DNA of 62,077 nucleotides, filler included, from Basidioascus undulatus (GCA_000826855.1; 15 parts of 15 records of this genome joined end to end with filler, not necessarily neighbours in it); one strand, 5' to 3'; counted from the whole stretch's first letter, positions 1-11,147 are shown. The notes: generated by a model not told the origin, from the letters alone. Made by a program: numbers and translations.

Positions 1-38
1 CGGTGAACTCATCTCGGCAACTCACCATGTTCCCCCAG

Positions 39-1986
39 CTCCACCTCTACCAACACCGACGGCATTAAGCCTACTGCTTCCCCGACCCAAGGCGGTCAAC
101 CCGGCGGCGGCAGCCAGCCCCCGGCCACTCGTGCTCCCGGCACTACCGGCTCTCCTGGCGACGGCAGCGTGTCCATTCCGTCAAATGGCTCTGGTGAGAG
201 CGTGTACTACCCTCCTGTGCGTCGTTGTCGTTTCCAGCTCAGCTTTTTTCGGATCTTGCTAATCCCGGGCTTGCTTGATTACAGCCCAACCCGACGATTA
301 CCTACATCACGACGCCGCCTGCCGACTCTCCGTCTGCTTTTCCGTCGGCCTACTCAACGACGACTGAGGAACAACGGCGGCGTCTTCATCATCCCTCTCT
401 GGCCCACCGGAGGCGGCGGTGGCGGTGGAGGAGATGGAGGGGGTGGTGGTGGTGGCCGTGAGTCTCTTGCAGCTCACAGGGACAGCGTTCGGTGGCTGAC
501 CTCGGTATCGCATAGCTACTCCTCCCCCTCCCCCTCCTCCCGGAGGAGGCGACCCCACCTCGGCCGCTTGTTCAGGTAAGGCTGACCACCATCCAGGCCC
601 GGCGAAAAGGTGCCCATCATCCACATCTTCACAGAGAGCAGCTCTTCTTCTTCCGTTGCGCCGCCTGACGTGGTCCCGGACGGTGACTGGGATGGTGAGA
701 GCAAGTCTTATGCCCCCTAACGAAGGCACTAAAGTTTCGTCTCTCGTCGGTGTTGGTCAAGGCTGCGAGTCCAGCGACCTGTCACGGCGCGACTTCATGC
801 CGATTGGTGACGATGAGCCATTCCCTGGTGCGTCGAACCTATGGGGCTTTATGCACGAAAACCACTGACGGTGTGCGCGTAGACTTTGTCGGAAACGACG
901 GTGTCTGTGCGTACTCGCACCAACGCTGATACGGGTTAACAACTGCTGACAGCAGCGTGGACAAGGGTGGGAGGTCAGCATGGGCGGGGAGTCATCCAAG
1001 AACCTCAACGATTGTGAGTTACCCCCGTTGACTACATCACTGTGTACCACACCCGTACTAAGAGGTTTGGTGATCAGTCGGCGACTTCCGCGATGTCTTC
1101 ATGCCCATGCTTCTTGCGCACCAGAAAGGAAACGTGTCACTGCAAGCCCGGGCACCGAATCCCCCTACTCTGACCCTGCAGTTTGAGTGCGTGGGTGGCG
1201 TAGCCGTGTCGTTCTTAGAAATACTGCTGGTGCGTATCTATCAATGTATAGCTGCACCAGAATGCAGGGTACCTGCGAGGTAGGTCCTCTGCGAAGCTTG
1301 CGAGACTGAAGTACGTTGGCTGACGCGTCCTTTCGCAGAACATGGTAAGCATCTGGCCGTCTGTCAGTCAATGTGTACTAAGCAAATCACCTTGTATATG
1401 TTTAATGCTATAGCGTCTACGTGAGGCGTTCCTTCACTCCGCGTCATTTCGGATCTACTCAGCCAGCCGCCTGTCCGTTAGTGCCTCCATCAAGACTATT
1501 ACGGCTCTCAGGGTGGAGTGCTTCCCATCCCCAGGTCACCGGAGGCTTCCCCGTGGATTGTGAGTCGTGCCCAACTCACTTCTGGAAGAGCAACGTGCAC
1601 AGACGTACACTTTGTGCTCTGCAGATGACGGTCCAGCGCGACACCGCTACCTCCCGGTACAATAACAACTGTGGCGGCTCGTACAACTACTGTGCTGCGA
1701 CTTCCAAGTATATCTCTGCGTTCTTCCCCCTCTGTAGAAAGAACCGTGGTTGTTCTGTTACACTCGGGGCATTTGCAGCGGCTTCCGGTCCGACCACCTC
1801 AGCACAGGGACCCATGCTATGTCGCTCCCGGAAACCCGCGCAAGAACGCGCCGGGCTACTACCCTGTCAAGTAAGCATCCCAGGTCTTGGGTGAGGGAGT
1901 CTTCCCTGCTGACGTATCGCGACCCAGCTGCGACGAATTCCCCTTCGCCTCCACCACAGCCGGGCATGATGCCGCATACGCCTTGA
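39..1986 (+). pseudogene. Multi-exon Thr/Gly/Pro-rich then Cys-rich protein, probably secreted or cell-surface; 5'-truncated and frameshifted
   Basis: Short GT-AG introns (e.g. 217-284) link STSTNTDGIKPTASPTQGG...SVYYPP|PNPTITYITTPP. The following NGGVFIIPLWPTGGGG segment is in another frame (extra base near 369). Later exons are Cys-rich (RYNNNCGGSYNYCAAT). No family recognised; boundaries approximate. Confidence 0.35.
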
Positions 1987-2440
1987 CGCACACTACAACG
2001 TGCTGCGTTAGCACTCGCGAGAACTGCCTTCCGCATTGACTTCCTCACCTCCTGTCCTTCGCGATGGCTTACACTGCAAACGGTCACGAAACCCAGGTCA
2101 AGGCTCGGCCCTCCAAAAGCTCATTTCGCCGCGGAACCAAGCCCCCGTTCCGGACGGTGTCTCGTCCGTGCTATGCTTGTCCCTCACACTCCTAAAGAAC
2201 AGCGCGGCTGACAGACATGCATAGGTACTACATATCGCTCTGGCAGCCGGATCTCACAGAGCACTGCGCGCCGCACTCGGGCGGCCAGCAGTTCTGCTTT
2301 TTCCCACCTTACGTGCGGCCCGCAAGATGCGCCATCCCTGACGAGAAGGCAAGTCAAAGCAAGGGGAAGGACCGCACCTGAGTTCGGGAAGCAAGAAGCT
2401 GTGCATCCCAGGGACTTGCTAGAAAATATTAGTCAGAGGA

Positions 2441-2683
2441 TCAGATAGGGCTGATTCGATTTTGATCGTCGAGATCAGGCAGCCTCTTTTGCACGAATGT
2501 TACTGCTGGAAGTCGTCCCATTGAGCGGCAGAAGCTGCAGGTTTGTTGACATCGCAGCCCGTCATATGACCACTTGCGCAACGCAAGATTGGTCGCCTTC
2601 CAGATATAGTCGTTAACCTCCGTTTCTTCCGTATGTCTCTCAAACTCCCTCAGGAGACCCTGGGTCTTCACCGCTTTGCCAAC
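2441..2683 (-). CDS. Possible 3' end of a hypothetical protein gene cut by the contig edge
   Basis: The open frame reads like normal protein (GLLREFERHTEETEVNDYIWKATNLALRKW...CQQTCSFC) up to the linker. No family recognised. Confidence 0.25.
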   Translation of the reverse strand, partial: VGKAVKTQGLLREFERHTEETEVNDYIWKATNLALRKWSYDGLRCQQTCSFCRSMGRLPAVTFVQKRLPDLDDQNRISPI

Positions 2684-2783
2684 NNNNNNNNNNNNNNNNN
2701 NNNNNNNNNNNNNNNNNNNNNNNNNNNTTAATTAATTAANNNNNNNNNNNNNNNNNNNNNNNNNNNNNNNNNNNNNNNNNNNN
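2684..2783. other. Artificial contig linker
   Basis: 44 N + TTAATTAATTAA (stops in all six frames) + 44 N. Confidence 0.99.
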
Positions 2784-3745
2784 CGCCGCCCTCCTCTCCC
2801 GCCTCTCCTCCCGCTTCAAACGCTTCAAACCTACCACCACCACCACCACCACCACCTCCTCCTCCTCCTCCTCTTCCTCCTCTTCCTCCTCCGACAGCAC
2901 TCCCAGAATAGCCAATCTCCGCCGGCTGGTCGAAGTCGCCCGGCCAGAGAAGAAGACTATCGGGCGGGCGGTGGTGCTGGTGCGTGGATGGAGAGAGGGA
3001 GCGGGGAGAGGAAGTTGATGGTGTAAAGGTGCTGGGTGGTGCAGCTGTTTATCTCCAGCGCCGTGTCGCTCTCGGTCCCCCTCTGCGTAGGGAAGCTCAT
3101 CGACGTCTTCTCCGGTGCGAAGCCCGTGTGTCTCCTTCCCTCTCCTCTTCCTCGCGCCCTTTACTTACCACTTCCTTTTTCTTCCATCCGATTTCCCTTT
3201 CTCTCGCTCGCCTCGCAGGACGCCTTCTACTCCCTCCCTCTCCCAACTGTCTCCGCCCTCCTGCTCGGCATCTTCGCCCTCGGCGCGCTCGCCAACACCG
3301 GCCGCGCGATACTCATGCGCCTCGCCGGGCAGCGCATCATCGCCAGTCTGAGGAGCAGGAGCTATGCGAATTCTTTGAGACAAGGGGTGGAGGTAAGTGC
3401 TGTTCCTTTTTTCTGCTGCCTTTCTTGGCGGCTCGGGCTCGGGGTCTGGACTGGACTGGTCCGGTCTGGCTGGGGTCTGGGCTGGGTAGAGTCGGGGTTT
3501 CCGTCGAGGTTGGGTTTGGGGTTGGAGTGGGGTTGGGGTCGCATCGGCTAGGGCTTGGGTTTAGCCGGGGCAGCGGTGGGGTGGGCCGAGACGGGTCAGG
3601 AAAATTAAAGAGAGAAAGAATGAGGCTGACTGGACGCTGTGGCGCAGTTCGCCGATCGCGGTGTAGGCGACACCGTCTCGCGCCTCGTGAGCGACACGAG
3701 CATCCTAGCGGAGAGCGTCACTCAAAACCTGAGTGACGGACTGCG
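2784..3745 (+). CDS. MDL1: Mitochondrial ABC half-transporter (ABCB10/MDL1 family), N-terminal TMD exons only
   Basis: Spliced reading LRRLVEVARPEKKTIGRAVVL|LFISSAVSLSVPLCVGKLID...GIFALGALANTGRAILMRLAGQRIIASLR...|FADRGVGDTVSRLVSDTSILAESVTQNLSDGLR. No NBD follows. Confidence 0.88.
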
Positions 3746-3885
3746 GTGGGTCTTCCTCCGTCCTTCTCCCCTCTTCCTCCCCTCCTCCCCTCCTCCGGCC
3801 TCCCCCCCCCTCCTCTCCCCTCCTTCCTGCTCCCCCTTTCCGCTACGCCCTTGAATCGAAATCTGATGCCGGATGGGGAAATCAG

Positions 3886-5264
3886 CGGCCCTCGAGCTCA
3901 CCCTCGGCCGCCCGCCCCACGCGCGGCTCCAGCCCGTCAAAGTTCTCCTCAAGACGCTGAACGACGCGTCGCCCTCGCTTGACCGCGTGGGCGGCGCGCA
4001 CAAGTACAGCGAGGGGATGAAGAGGGTCGTTGATTGGTGTCTGCGGAAGGTGCGCTGCGTCGTACTGGCTTCTTTCCGGGGTCGGAGGCTGAGAAGCAAA
4101 GTGGCGCGAGTAGGATCCCGCAGAAAGACCGACGGCCAGAGAGCTCCTTGCCAGCCCCTGGTTCTCCAGCAAAGCGAAGAAGCCCAGCAACTTGATCGAC
4201 ATGATCCTGAGTGCGTCCCTGGACCCTCCGTCTTCCTTCCTTCCCATTCCCGTTATAAGGCCCTTACTTACTGCTCGCGCGGCGCCGCAGCTGGGTTACC
4301 CCCGCTCGCACAGCGCCAACAACGGCGTACGCTCTTCTCATAGCTTCTATCAATCTCGTTCAACAGCGTGGAGCTGACCGTTTCGGCACTCGAAGGCTTC
4401 GCCCCGCTCTCCATCCACTCGCGCACCTCCTCCTTCGACTGGAACTTCCAATCCACAATCCACACCTCCACGTCGCCCACGCCCTCAAAAGCAGTGTTCG
4501 ACATCTTCGCCTCACCCTCCTCATCGCCCATCGTCTCCCCTTCCCCCTCCCTCACTTCCTTCGCCGCCTCCACATCCGCCCGCCGCTCGAGCGCGAGCAG
4601 TGCGCCTGGCCGGAGACCTGCGTTCAGGCACAGTTTAAGCTACGAGGGCCATGGGCATGGGCATGGGATTGCGCGGAGCGAGAGCGCGGGGCCGGCTACG
4701 CGCGTGGGGAGGAGAGGGGCGAGCGAGGGCGGGGAGGAGCGGGCTGAGGATGCGCGGGAGCCGCAGGAGCGTCTAGAGCACCACCAACACCATCATCACC
4801 ATCACCAGCCCCACGCGCTCTCGCCCCTTCTCGAGCCGTCCGACCCGTCCCTTCCCACCCCCGCCCTGCCGTTCTCGCTCGACCCCGCACCCTCCTCCTC
4901 CACCACCTCCTCCGTGGACTCTGAACCCGCAGCAGCAGATCAGTTCACCGCCCCATCCTCACCCGCCCTCTCCTCCCACTCCCATTCCAACACGCATTCC
5001 GACCCTTTGCTCGACGCCCCGAGCACGCCCCCCGGGCTCGGCGCTCCAGCGGGGGTGGGGACGCAGGGGAGGAAGAGCAGCTGGAGGGAGACACTCCTCG
5101 GGAAGACGGGCGGGGCGCTGGATGAGGAGAGGGAGGGGAAGGAGGGGAAGAAGGCGGGCGTGAGGGGACGGTTGGGGGGGACGGGCCGGTTGGGGAGGGG
5201 GAAGAGGACGAAGAGTAGGCGAGGAGCTGGTCGGCGTAGCGCTGGAGCTCGTCGGTCGGGATGA
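3886..5264 (+). CDS. Ste20-family kinase (OSR1/SPAK/Fray-like), C-lobe and tail only
   Basis: (T)ALELTLGRPPHARLQPVKVLLKTLNDASPSLDR...HKYS...VDWCLRK|DPAERPTARELLASPWF (subdomains IX-XI), then GLPPLAQRQ and SSFDWNF tail motifs. The N-lobe is absent. Confidence 0.8.
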
Positions 5265-5337
5265 CCAGGCGGAAGTCGTTTAGGAGGAGGAAGTGCAGTT
5301 CCAGTTGGTTGAGCTCGGCGAGAGGGAGGCCGCCGAC
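4945..5337 (-). CDS. Pho80/Pcl-family cyclin, C-terminal exon (not in ORF track)
   Basis: After CTGAC...TTCAG acceptor: VGGLPLAELNQLELHFLLLNDFRLVIPTDELQRYADQLLAY, then a Ser/Pro tail. The frame stays open to a TGA at 4945-4947. Confidence 0.8.
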   Translation of the reverse strand, partial: VGGLPLAELNQLELHFLLLNDFRLVIPTDELQRYADQLLAYSSSSSPSPTGPSPPTVPSRPPSSPPSPPSPHPAPRPSSRGVSPSSCSSSPASPPPLERRARGACSGRRAKGRNACWNGSGRRGRVRMGR

Positions 5338-5463
5338 CTGAAGAAGGGAGAGGGTGTCAGTCCCGTACCGAAGGAAAGGAGAAGGAGAAGACGGAAGGAG
5401 GGGTGCAGACGGAAACGGAAGGAAGGGAAGGGAGGCAGGAGGAGGGGGGAAGATGGAGATCGG

Positions 5464-5563
5464 NNNNNNNNNNNNNNNNNNNNNNNNNNNNNNNNNNNNN
5501 NNNNNNNTTAATTAATTAANNNNNNNNNNNNNNNNNNNNNNNNNNNNNNNNNNNNNNNNNNNN
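5464..5563. other. Artificial contig linker
   Basis: 44 N + TTAATTAATTAA + 44 N. Confidence 0.99.
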
Positions 5564-5676
5564 TTCTCAACCGCGGCCGCCGATCTCGGGCACTCACCTT
5601 GCCGGACGTCTTCCTCCTCCATCCCATCCTCCTCCATCCCATCTCCCCGTCCCGCCCTTCATCCTCCCCATCGGCC

Positions 5677-7630
5677 ATGGCAACCCTGCACCTCCCGCAC
5701 ACCTCCGCCCCGCCGCTCTTGCCCATCTCGCTCCTCAAGAAGCACGTCCCCTCGCTGTTCAAGCCGTTCGAGCCTACTTGTGCGTGGGTTCAAGGTTAAG
5801 GACGCTCGCAAATACCCATGGCTGATGTTGGGACTGTGATGGTATTTTGTAGGGTGGTTGCCTGGAGGGCATATGCAGACAATCTTTTGTACGGTTGGCG
5901 ATTTCACTCAGGTGGATCGGGTCCGCTGGGAGAGGCGGGTCGTGGAGACGCGGGATGGTGGGAGACTGTGAGTGCCCCTCCTCCGATTCCTCTCGTTCGG
6001 AGACGCTGAAATTTAGAGGATGGCAGGGCGCTGGACATCCACCCCCCGCCGAGCGAGGAGCCCCTCCCCGAGGGCGCGCCGACCGTCGTAGTCTGCCATG
6101 TGCGTGTTCTCTCCTTCCTTCCCCTTCTTCCATCCCCGCCAGCTGAACCCATAGCAGGGCCTCACAGGCGGGTCGCACGAGTCCTACGTCCGCGCAGTTG
6201 TCTCGCGCCTGCCGAAGGGGTACCGCAGCGTAGTGGTAACGTTCCGTGGCTGTACGTGCAGCATTCACCCTCTCCATCTTCCGCTCGAACCCGACTGATG
6301 GAATGCAGGGGGACGCACACAGGCGCTGGCTCCCCTGTCACCTCCCCGTATATGTACTCCGGCGGATCAACGCACGACCTCCGCACGGCTATCCTCTACC
6401 TCCGGCACCACTTCCCGTTCGCCCCTCTGGCCGGCGTGGGGTTCTCCCTGGGCGCGAACGTGCTTTCCAAATGTGCGTTTCCATCACCTCCCTTACCTTC
6501 CCTTTATTTTCCGGCTCGCACACCGGTCCTGAACCGCGTTGGGCGACCGAACAGACCTCGGCGAAGAAGGCGCGGATACGCCCCTCCGCGGCGGAGTCGC
6601 CATTGGGTGCCCGTACGACATGATCGAGGGCGACCGCGCGCTGGAATCGAGTTTCTTGGGGAAGTATGTCTACAGTCGAGCGATGGCAAAGAACCTCACG
6701 TCCGTCTCATTCCCTCCCATCCCGTCCTCTTCCATCCTCCTCCCCCTTCACGCCTCCGCCTTCCCGCTTCCTTCCCATCACCTTCCCTTCAACACCTCCT
6801 CCCCTCCAAAGCGAGCCCTCATCCCTGACATAACCCGCACCCCACAGCCGTCTAATGACCCTCCACTCCTCAGCGCTCTCCCCCAAATGGGGTGGGCAGC
6901 TTGACTTCCTCCGCTCGCTGCGCTTCCCACGGCTGAAAGAATTCGACGACGCGGTGACGTGCAAGCTGGGGGGCACGCACCGCGAGTTCCCCTTCCCTAG
7001 TGCGGAGGCTTATTATACCTGGTGCGTTTCTGTTCCCTCCCCTGCCTTCATCCAACACAGTAACGGCTAATGCAGGGCAATCGGAATAGGGCGGGGTCGA
7101 TCCATTACCTGGGCGGTGAGCTTCGGAGACGGGAGGGCATGGGGGATGGGAACTGAAGTGGGTGATGCGACGGACAGGTGTAAGAGTTCCGCTGCTCGGC
7201 TTGTCGTCCTCCGACGACCCAGTAGTGTCCATCTCGTCCTGGCCCGCGCAAGGGCGTAACACGAACCCGTGCATCACGCTCGCGTCCACAGCGCACGGTG
7301 GACACTTGGGGTGGTGCGTCCCCCTCTCCTTCTCCCCCCCTTCCCTCCTCCGCTCACACTTTACTTCCCCGACGCAGGTTCACATCCGGCTCCCCTCTCT
7401 CCCTGCTCCACCGCGCCCCCCCACCCCAGCGCTGGTTCGCCCAACCCGTCTCCGAAGCGCTCCAGCTGCTGCTCTCCGCCTTAGACGAGACGAACATCCC
7501 CGTCGCGCCTGGCGCGTCGCGGCAAGCGGTGCAGGAGGACGGATGGTGGGTCAGCGATCGGGAGGGGGAGAGGCAGTGGGTCGGGTGGAGGGAGACGGGG
7601 GAGAAGGGGACTCGGGAGGCGGGAGATTGA
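5677..7630 (+). CDS. Alpha/beta hydrolase of the EHT1/EEB1/ABHD1-3 family (acyltransferase/esterase), apparently complete and multi-exon
   Basis: [28 protein letters not shown], nucleophile elbow GFSLGAN, EFDD, SDDP (Asp) and HGGHLGWF (His); canonical introns. Confidence 0.9.
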
Positions 7631-7733
7631 CACGGTGGACGGGGTAAGGAGGTAGATGGGAGAGGGAGGAGCGGAGAGACGGAGGAGGGAGTCAGGGAAA
7701 CGAAATGGAGGAGGGAGGGGACGGAAGACGCAC

Positions 7734-8225
7734 TGCAGATAGCCTTGATGTCCGCGCCCGACAGGTCGTCCTTGGCCATCACGTACTCCTCGAGGTCGAC
7801 GTCGTCCGCTAGGCTCATCCGGGAGGAGTGAAGCCTGTTCGCCACTCCCGCACACAATCAGCTATCGACCCTCCTTCCCCCCTCGCCAGCGCCCTTAGAA
7901 ACAAGCCCACAGAAACCAACGCAAGAAGGCGAAGGAGAAGGGAAAGGGGAAGAGGGGGAGAAGGAAATAAAGAGAGGGGGAGGGGAAAGAGAATGAGAGC
8001 GAAACGCACTTGAAGATATGTCTCTTTGTCTTCACATCGGGGAGCGGGAACTCGATCTTGCGGTCAATTCGCCCGGGGCGGATGAGCGCCGGGTCGAGGG
8101 ACTCGATCTTGTTCGTCGCCATGATGACCTTGACGTCCCCGCGCGTGTCGAAGCCGTCAAGCTGGTTGAGGAGCTCGAGCATCGTGCGCTGAATCTCGCG
8201 CTCGCCACCGGAGGTCGACTCGTAG
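7734..8225 (-). CDS. RPT2: 26S proteasome AAA-ATPase subunit 4, internal exons
   Basis: [105 protein letters not shown]. The last exon is missing. Confidence 0.95.
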
Positions 8226-8237
8226 CTGGGGGGGGGG

Positions 8238-8337
8238 NNNNNNNNNNNNNNNNNNNNNNNNNNNNNNNNNNNNNNNNNNNNTTAATTAATTAANNNNNNN
8301 NNNNNNNNNNNNNNNNNNNNNNNNNNNNNNNNNNNNN
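8238..8337. other. Artificial contig linker
   Basis: 44 N + TTAATTAATTAA + 44 N. Confidence 0.99.
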
Positions 8338-8493
8338 TTACTGAGTACTGGGGGGGTTGGAGCGTTAAGAGGGGGGATGAGGGAAAGGGTTAAGGGAGAG
8401 GGAGGAGGGACAGACGTTGAAGAACTCGGTTACAATCTTTGTGCTCCCCTTGAGCGAGATCCGGTTTCGCGTGGGGGCTTGGGCGGTGGCCAT
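8338..8493 (-). CDS. MAD2: Spindle checkpoint HORMA protein Mad2, 5' end
   Basis: MATAQAPTRNRISLKGSTKIVTEFFN|YSV (intron 8415-8349) matches the Mad2 N-terminus. Confidence 0.88.
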
Positions 8494-9303
8494 CGTGCTT
8501 CTCTTGGTGTGTGTTGAGATTGTGAACGGCAGGTTGGATGTGGGAGAGGAGAGGAGAGGAGAGCGAAGGAGGAAGGCAGGCACGATGGATGGAAGAGGTT
8601 GCGGACGCGCGGGTAAGACGCGTTTGACTTTTGGGAGGAACGTGACTTTAGGCCGGGTGGACCGCGGATGGTTCGGCTGCCTGCTGTGGCGATGGCTGTG
8701 ACTTTTGGCATGGGAGTTATGATGGTTTATGAGGTTGTTTAAATGTTTGTATCTGATTATGAAGCCATGCTTCTCTCGCCTGACGAGGTAGTAGCTGCTG
8801 CCGCTGCTGTGTGGACGCGGGCTAGTCGCTGTGGAAATGGCAGTGGTCAAAAGTTACAGGAGCTCGAATCGTTAGCAGAAGGTCTTTCTTGTAAAGAGCA
8901 ACTGTGCAGCCAGTTTCTGGCTCAGAGCCCTTCGAGCAGGCTCGAGGACTGCGTTGCCACTTTCCATTTGGCGACTTGGGAAGACGCGTCGTCTTTGTCT
9001 AGCGTACAGTGCCACTCTCAAACCTCGCTCGCAACTTATTTCTTCCACACTCAAAATGTCTTTCATGAATCCTGCTGATAGCATTCTGACACCCTCACTC
9101 AAAAGCGTCTAAGCCTGTAACCCTGTGCGAAACCGGCTCGAATCCTCCCCGACCCCTTGCCTAACCAAGCCCGACGCGCGAAAGCACGCCTTGTCGCGCC
9201 TTGTCCCTGCTCGCCATTTACTCACACGCTCACCTCCAGCCTTCACGCTCATCACACCGCCTGCTTATTCCCCCTGCGCTGCCCGTCGTCGCGCGCGCAC
9301 TGC

Positions 9304-11011
9304 ATGTCCGACGCTGGCTTCTCCCCCGCCGGCTCGCCCACTCACTCCACTGCCGAGACGCCTGCCCCCCCCCCGAGAGTGGGCAAGATCAAGCTGCGCG
9401 TCAAAGCGCTTCCCTCGCCCGACCCCGACGCAGACGACGACGACACAAAGCCGATGGTTTCCACCCGCCGCCGCTCGACGATCGAGCCCTCTCCTCCCCT
9501 TGCACCGAAGATCCAGTCCGGCTCCGAGTTTGGCGGGGAGGAGGAGGACGCGGAGGGGGAGGATGAGGAGGTAGAGGATGCCGCGTCGGATTATAGTGCG
9601 CCGGTGAAACGGCGGGGCGGCGGCGGCGGGAGGAGGAGGAGCAGCGAGTGGGAGGAGGACGAGGATGAGGAGGAGGGGGCGTTTACGAGCGATTCGGATG
9701 AGGCAAGGGAGGGTGCGTTCTTCCCTCTCCCTTCTTCTTCCTTTCTAGAAAGCGTGGAGGTACTGATCCTGCTGGTGGGGGAACAGCCGAGCGCGAAGAG
9801 CGCCGCAAGATGAAAGCCTTCGTCGAGGACGACGAGGACCCGACCGAAGGCGACCTCGCCTTCGGGCAGCGTCGGCGTCTGCGCCCTCGCCCTCAGAAGG
9901 AGCGCGCCGGCTCCGCTACGACCACGCGCTCCGGCCGCACGAGCAAGCCCGCGCGCACGTTCCTGGAGGAGGAGGCCGAGCGGAAAGAGCGCGCGGCGGC
10001 GCTCGCGAATGACCGGGCTGCGCGGGCGGCACGGCGCGGGCGCATTATTTCAGACGACGACGAGGATGGTGAGGGGGAGGAGCTGGACGTGGGCGAGGAG
10101 GGAGATGGAGGGAGGCCTAGGCGCGCGGTGGCGCGCCGGCAGCCCCCCAAAGAGGACAAGCCGCGCGAGTACTCGCTCAGGAGGAGGAAGGAGGGCGTCA
10201 ACTACTTCATACCTGCGCCGGAGCCGTCGTCGGGGACACGGGAGCGCGGGGGGGGAGGGGCGAGGGCGGAGATCATCGCGAGGGGCGAGAGGAGGGGCGC
10301 GAGCGGGATTAATGCGCTCCCGTGGAATATGGGCGGGGCGGCGCTGGGACGGCATTTGGGGATTAGGGATGAGGACGACTCGTCGGTGTGTCTTCTCGTT
10401 CCGTCCCTCTGCTTCGCTTGCTCCTCGCACACGCGTCTTCCTTTCCCCCTTCTTCTCTCCCATTCTTTCCCCCTCTCTCTTCCCCATCTGCACCTTCGTC
10501 TTCCTCTTAGCCCTCCCAGGTCGCAGTGTGCTCACCCCGAGTCCCGCACCCGCGCCCACAGGACGACGACTTCTCCACCTCGCGAAAGCGCTCCACTGCG
10601 GCCTTTTCCTCCCTCGCCGGCGCCGGCGGGCCGGCCTCGAGCGCCGCGACGGGCGGGGGCGGCGGGATGTTTGCGGGCGGGGCGTCCGCGTTCGACGGGC
10701 TCGCTGCGGGGACGCCGAGCAACTTGGGGAAGGTCGGTGATGCTGGTACGTCTCCGAGGGGGGAGGGGGGTGGAGAAGAGTGGGAAAGTGGAGGAGTGGG
10801 ATGCTGATGAGTGGGGAACGGGGTGGAATGGGGGAACAGCACTCGCCGATGCCGACCCACTGGGGACGAACGTGAATGTGTCTTTTGACAGTGTGGGAGG
10901 GCTGGACGACCGTGCGTGTTCTTCATCTCCCTCCACCGCATCCCTCGCCTACCTTTCTTCCGCTTGCTGACCCGCCAACTCGAACCATTCGATCAAACCC
11001 AGCACACGCTC
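9304..11011 (+). CDS. YTA7: AAA-ATPase/bromodomain chromatin protein (Yta7/Abo1/ATAD2), N-terminal part
   Basis: Acidic/Arg-rich N-terminus, YSLRRRKEGVNY motif, then LADADPLGTNVNVSFDSVGGLDD immediately before the AAA domain, which is cut by the linker. Confidence 0.85.
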
Positions 11012-11111
11012 NNNNNNNNNNNNNNNNNNNNNNNNNNNNNNNNNNNNNNNNNNNNTTAATTAATTAANNNNNNNNNNNNNNNNNNNNNNNNNNNNNNNNN
11101 NNNNNNNNNNN
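11012..11111. other. Artificial contig linker
   Basis: 44 N + TTAATTAATTAA + 44 N. Confidence 0.99.
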
Positions 11112-11147
11112 CCCCCAACCTAATCTCCTTCCCCTCCTCCCCGGTAG

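Noticed and set aside
2728..2739. Recurrent palindrome TTAATTAATTAA at near-regular spacing of about 2.77 kb, resembling a repeat array or TTAA-target element
   Set aside because: It is always centred in exactly 44+44 N, so it is a synthetic six-frame-stop linker. The regular spacing reflects size-sorted contigs.
2784..5264. Novel ABC transporter-kinase fusion protein
   Set aside because: Splice phases are incompatible and both proteins lack essential halves. It is kept only as a probable chimeric junction.
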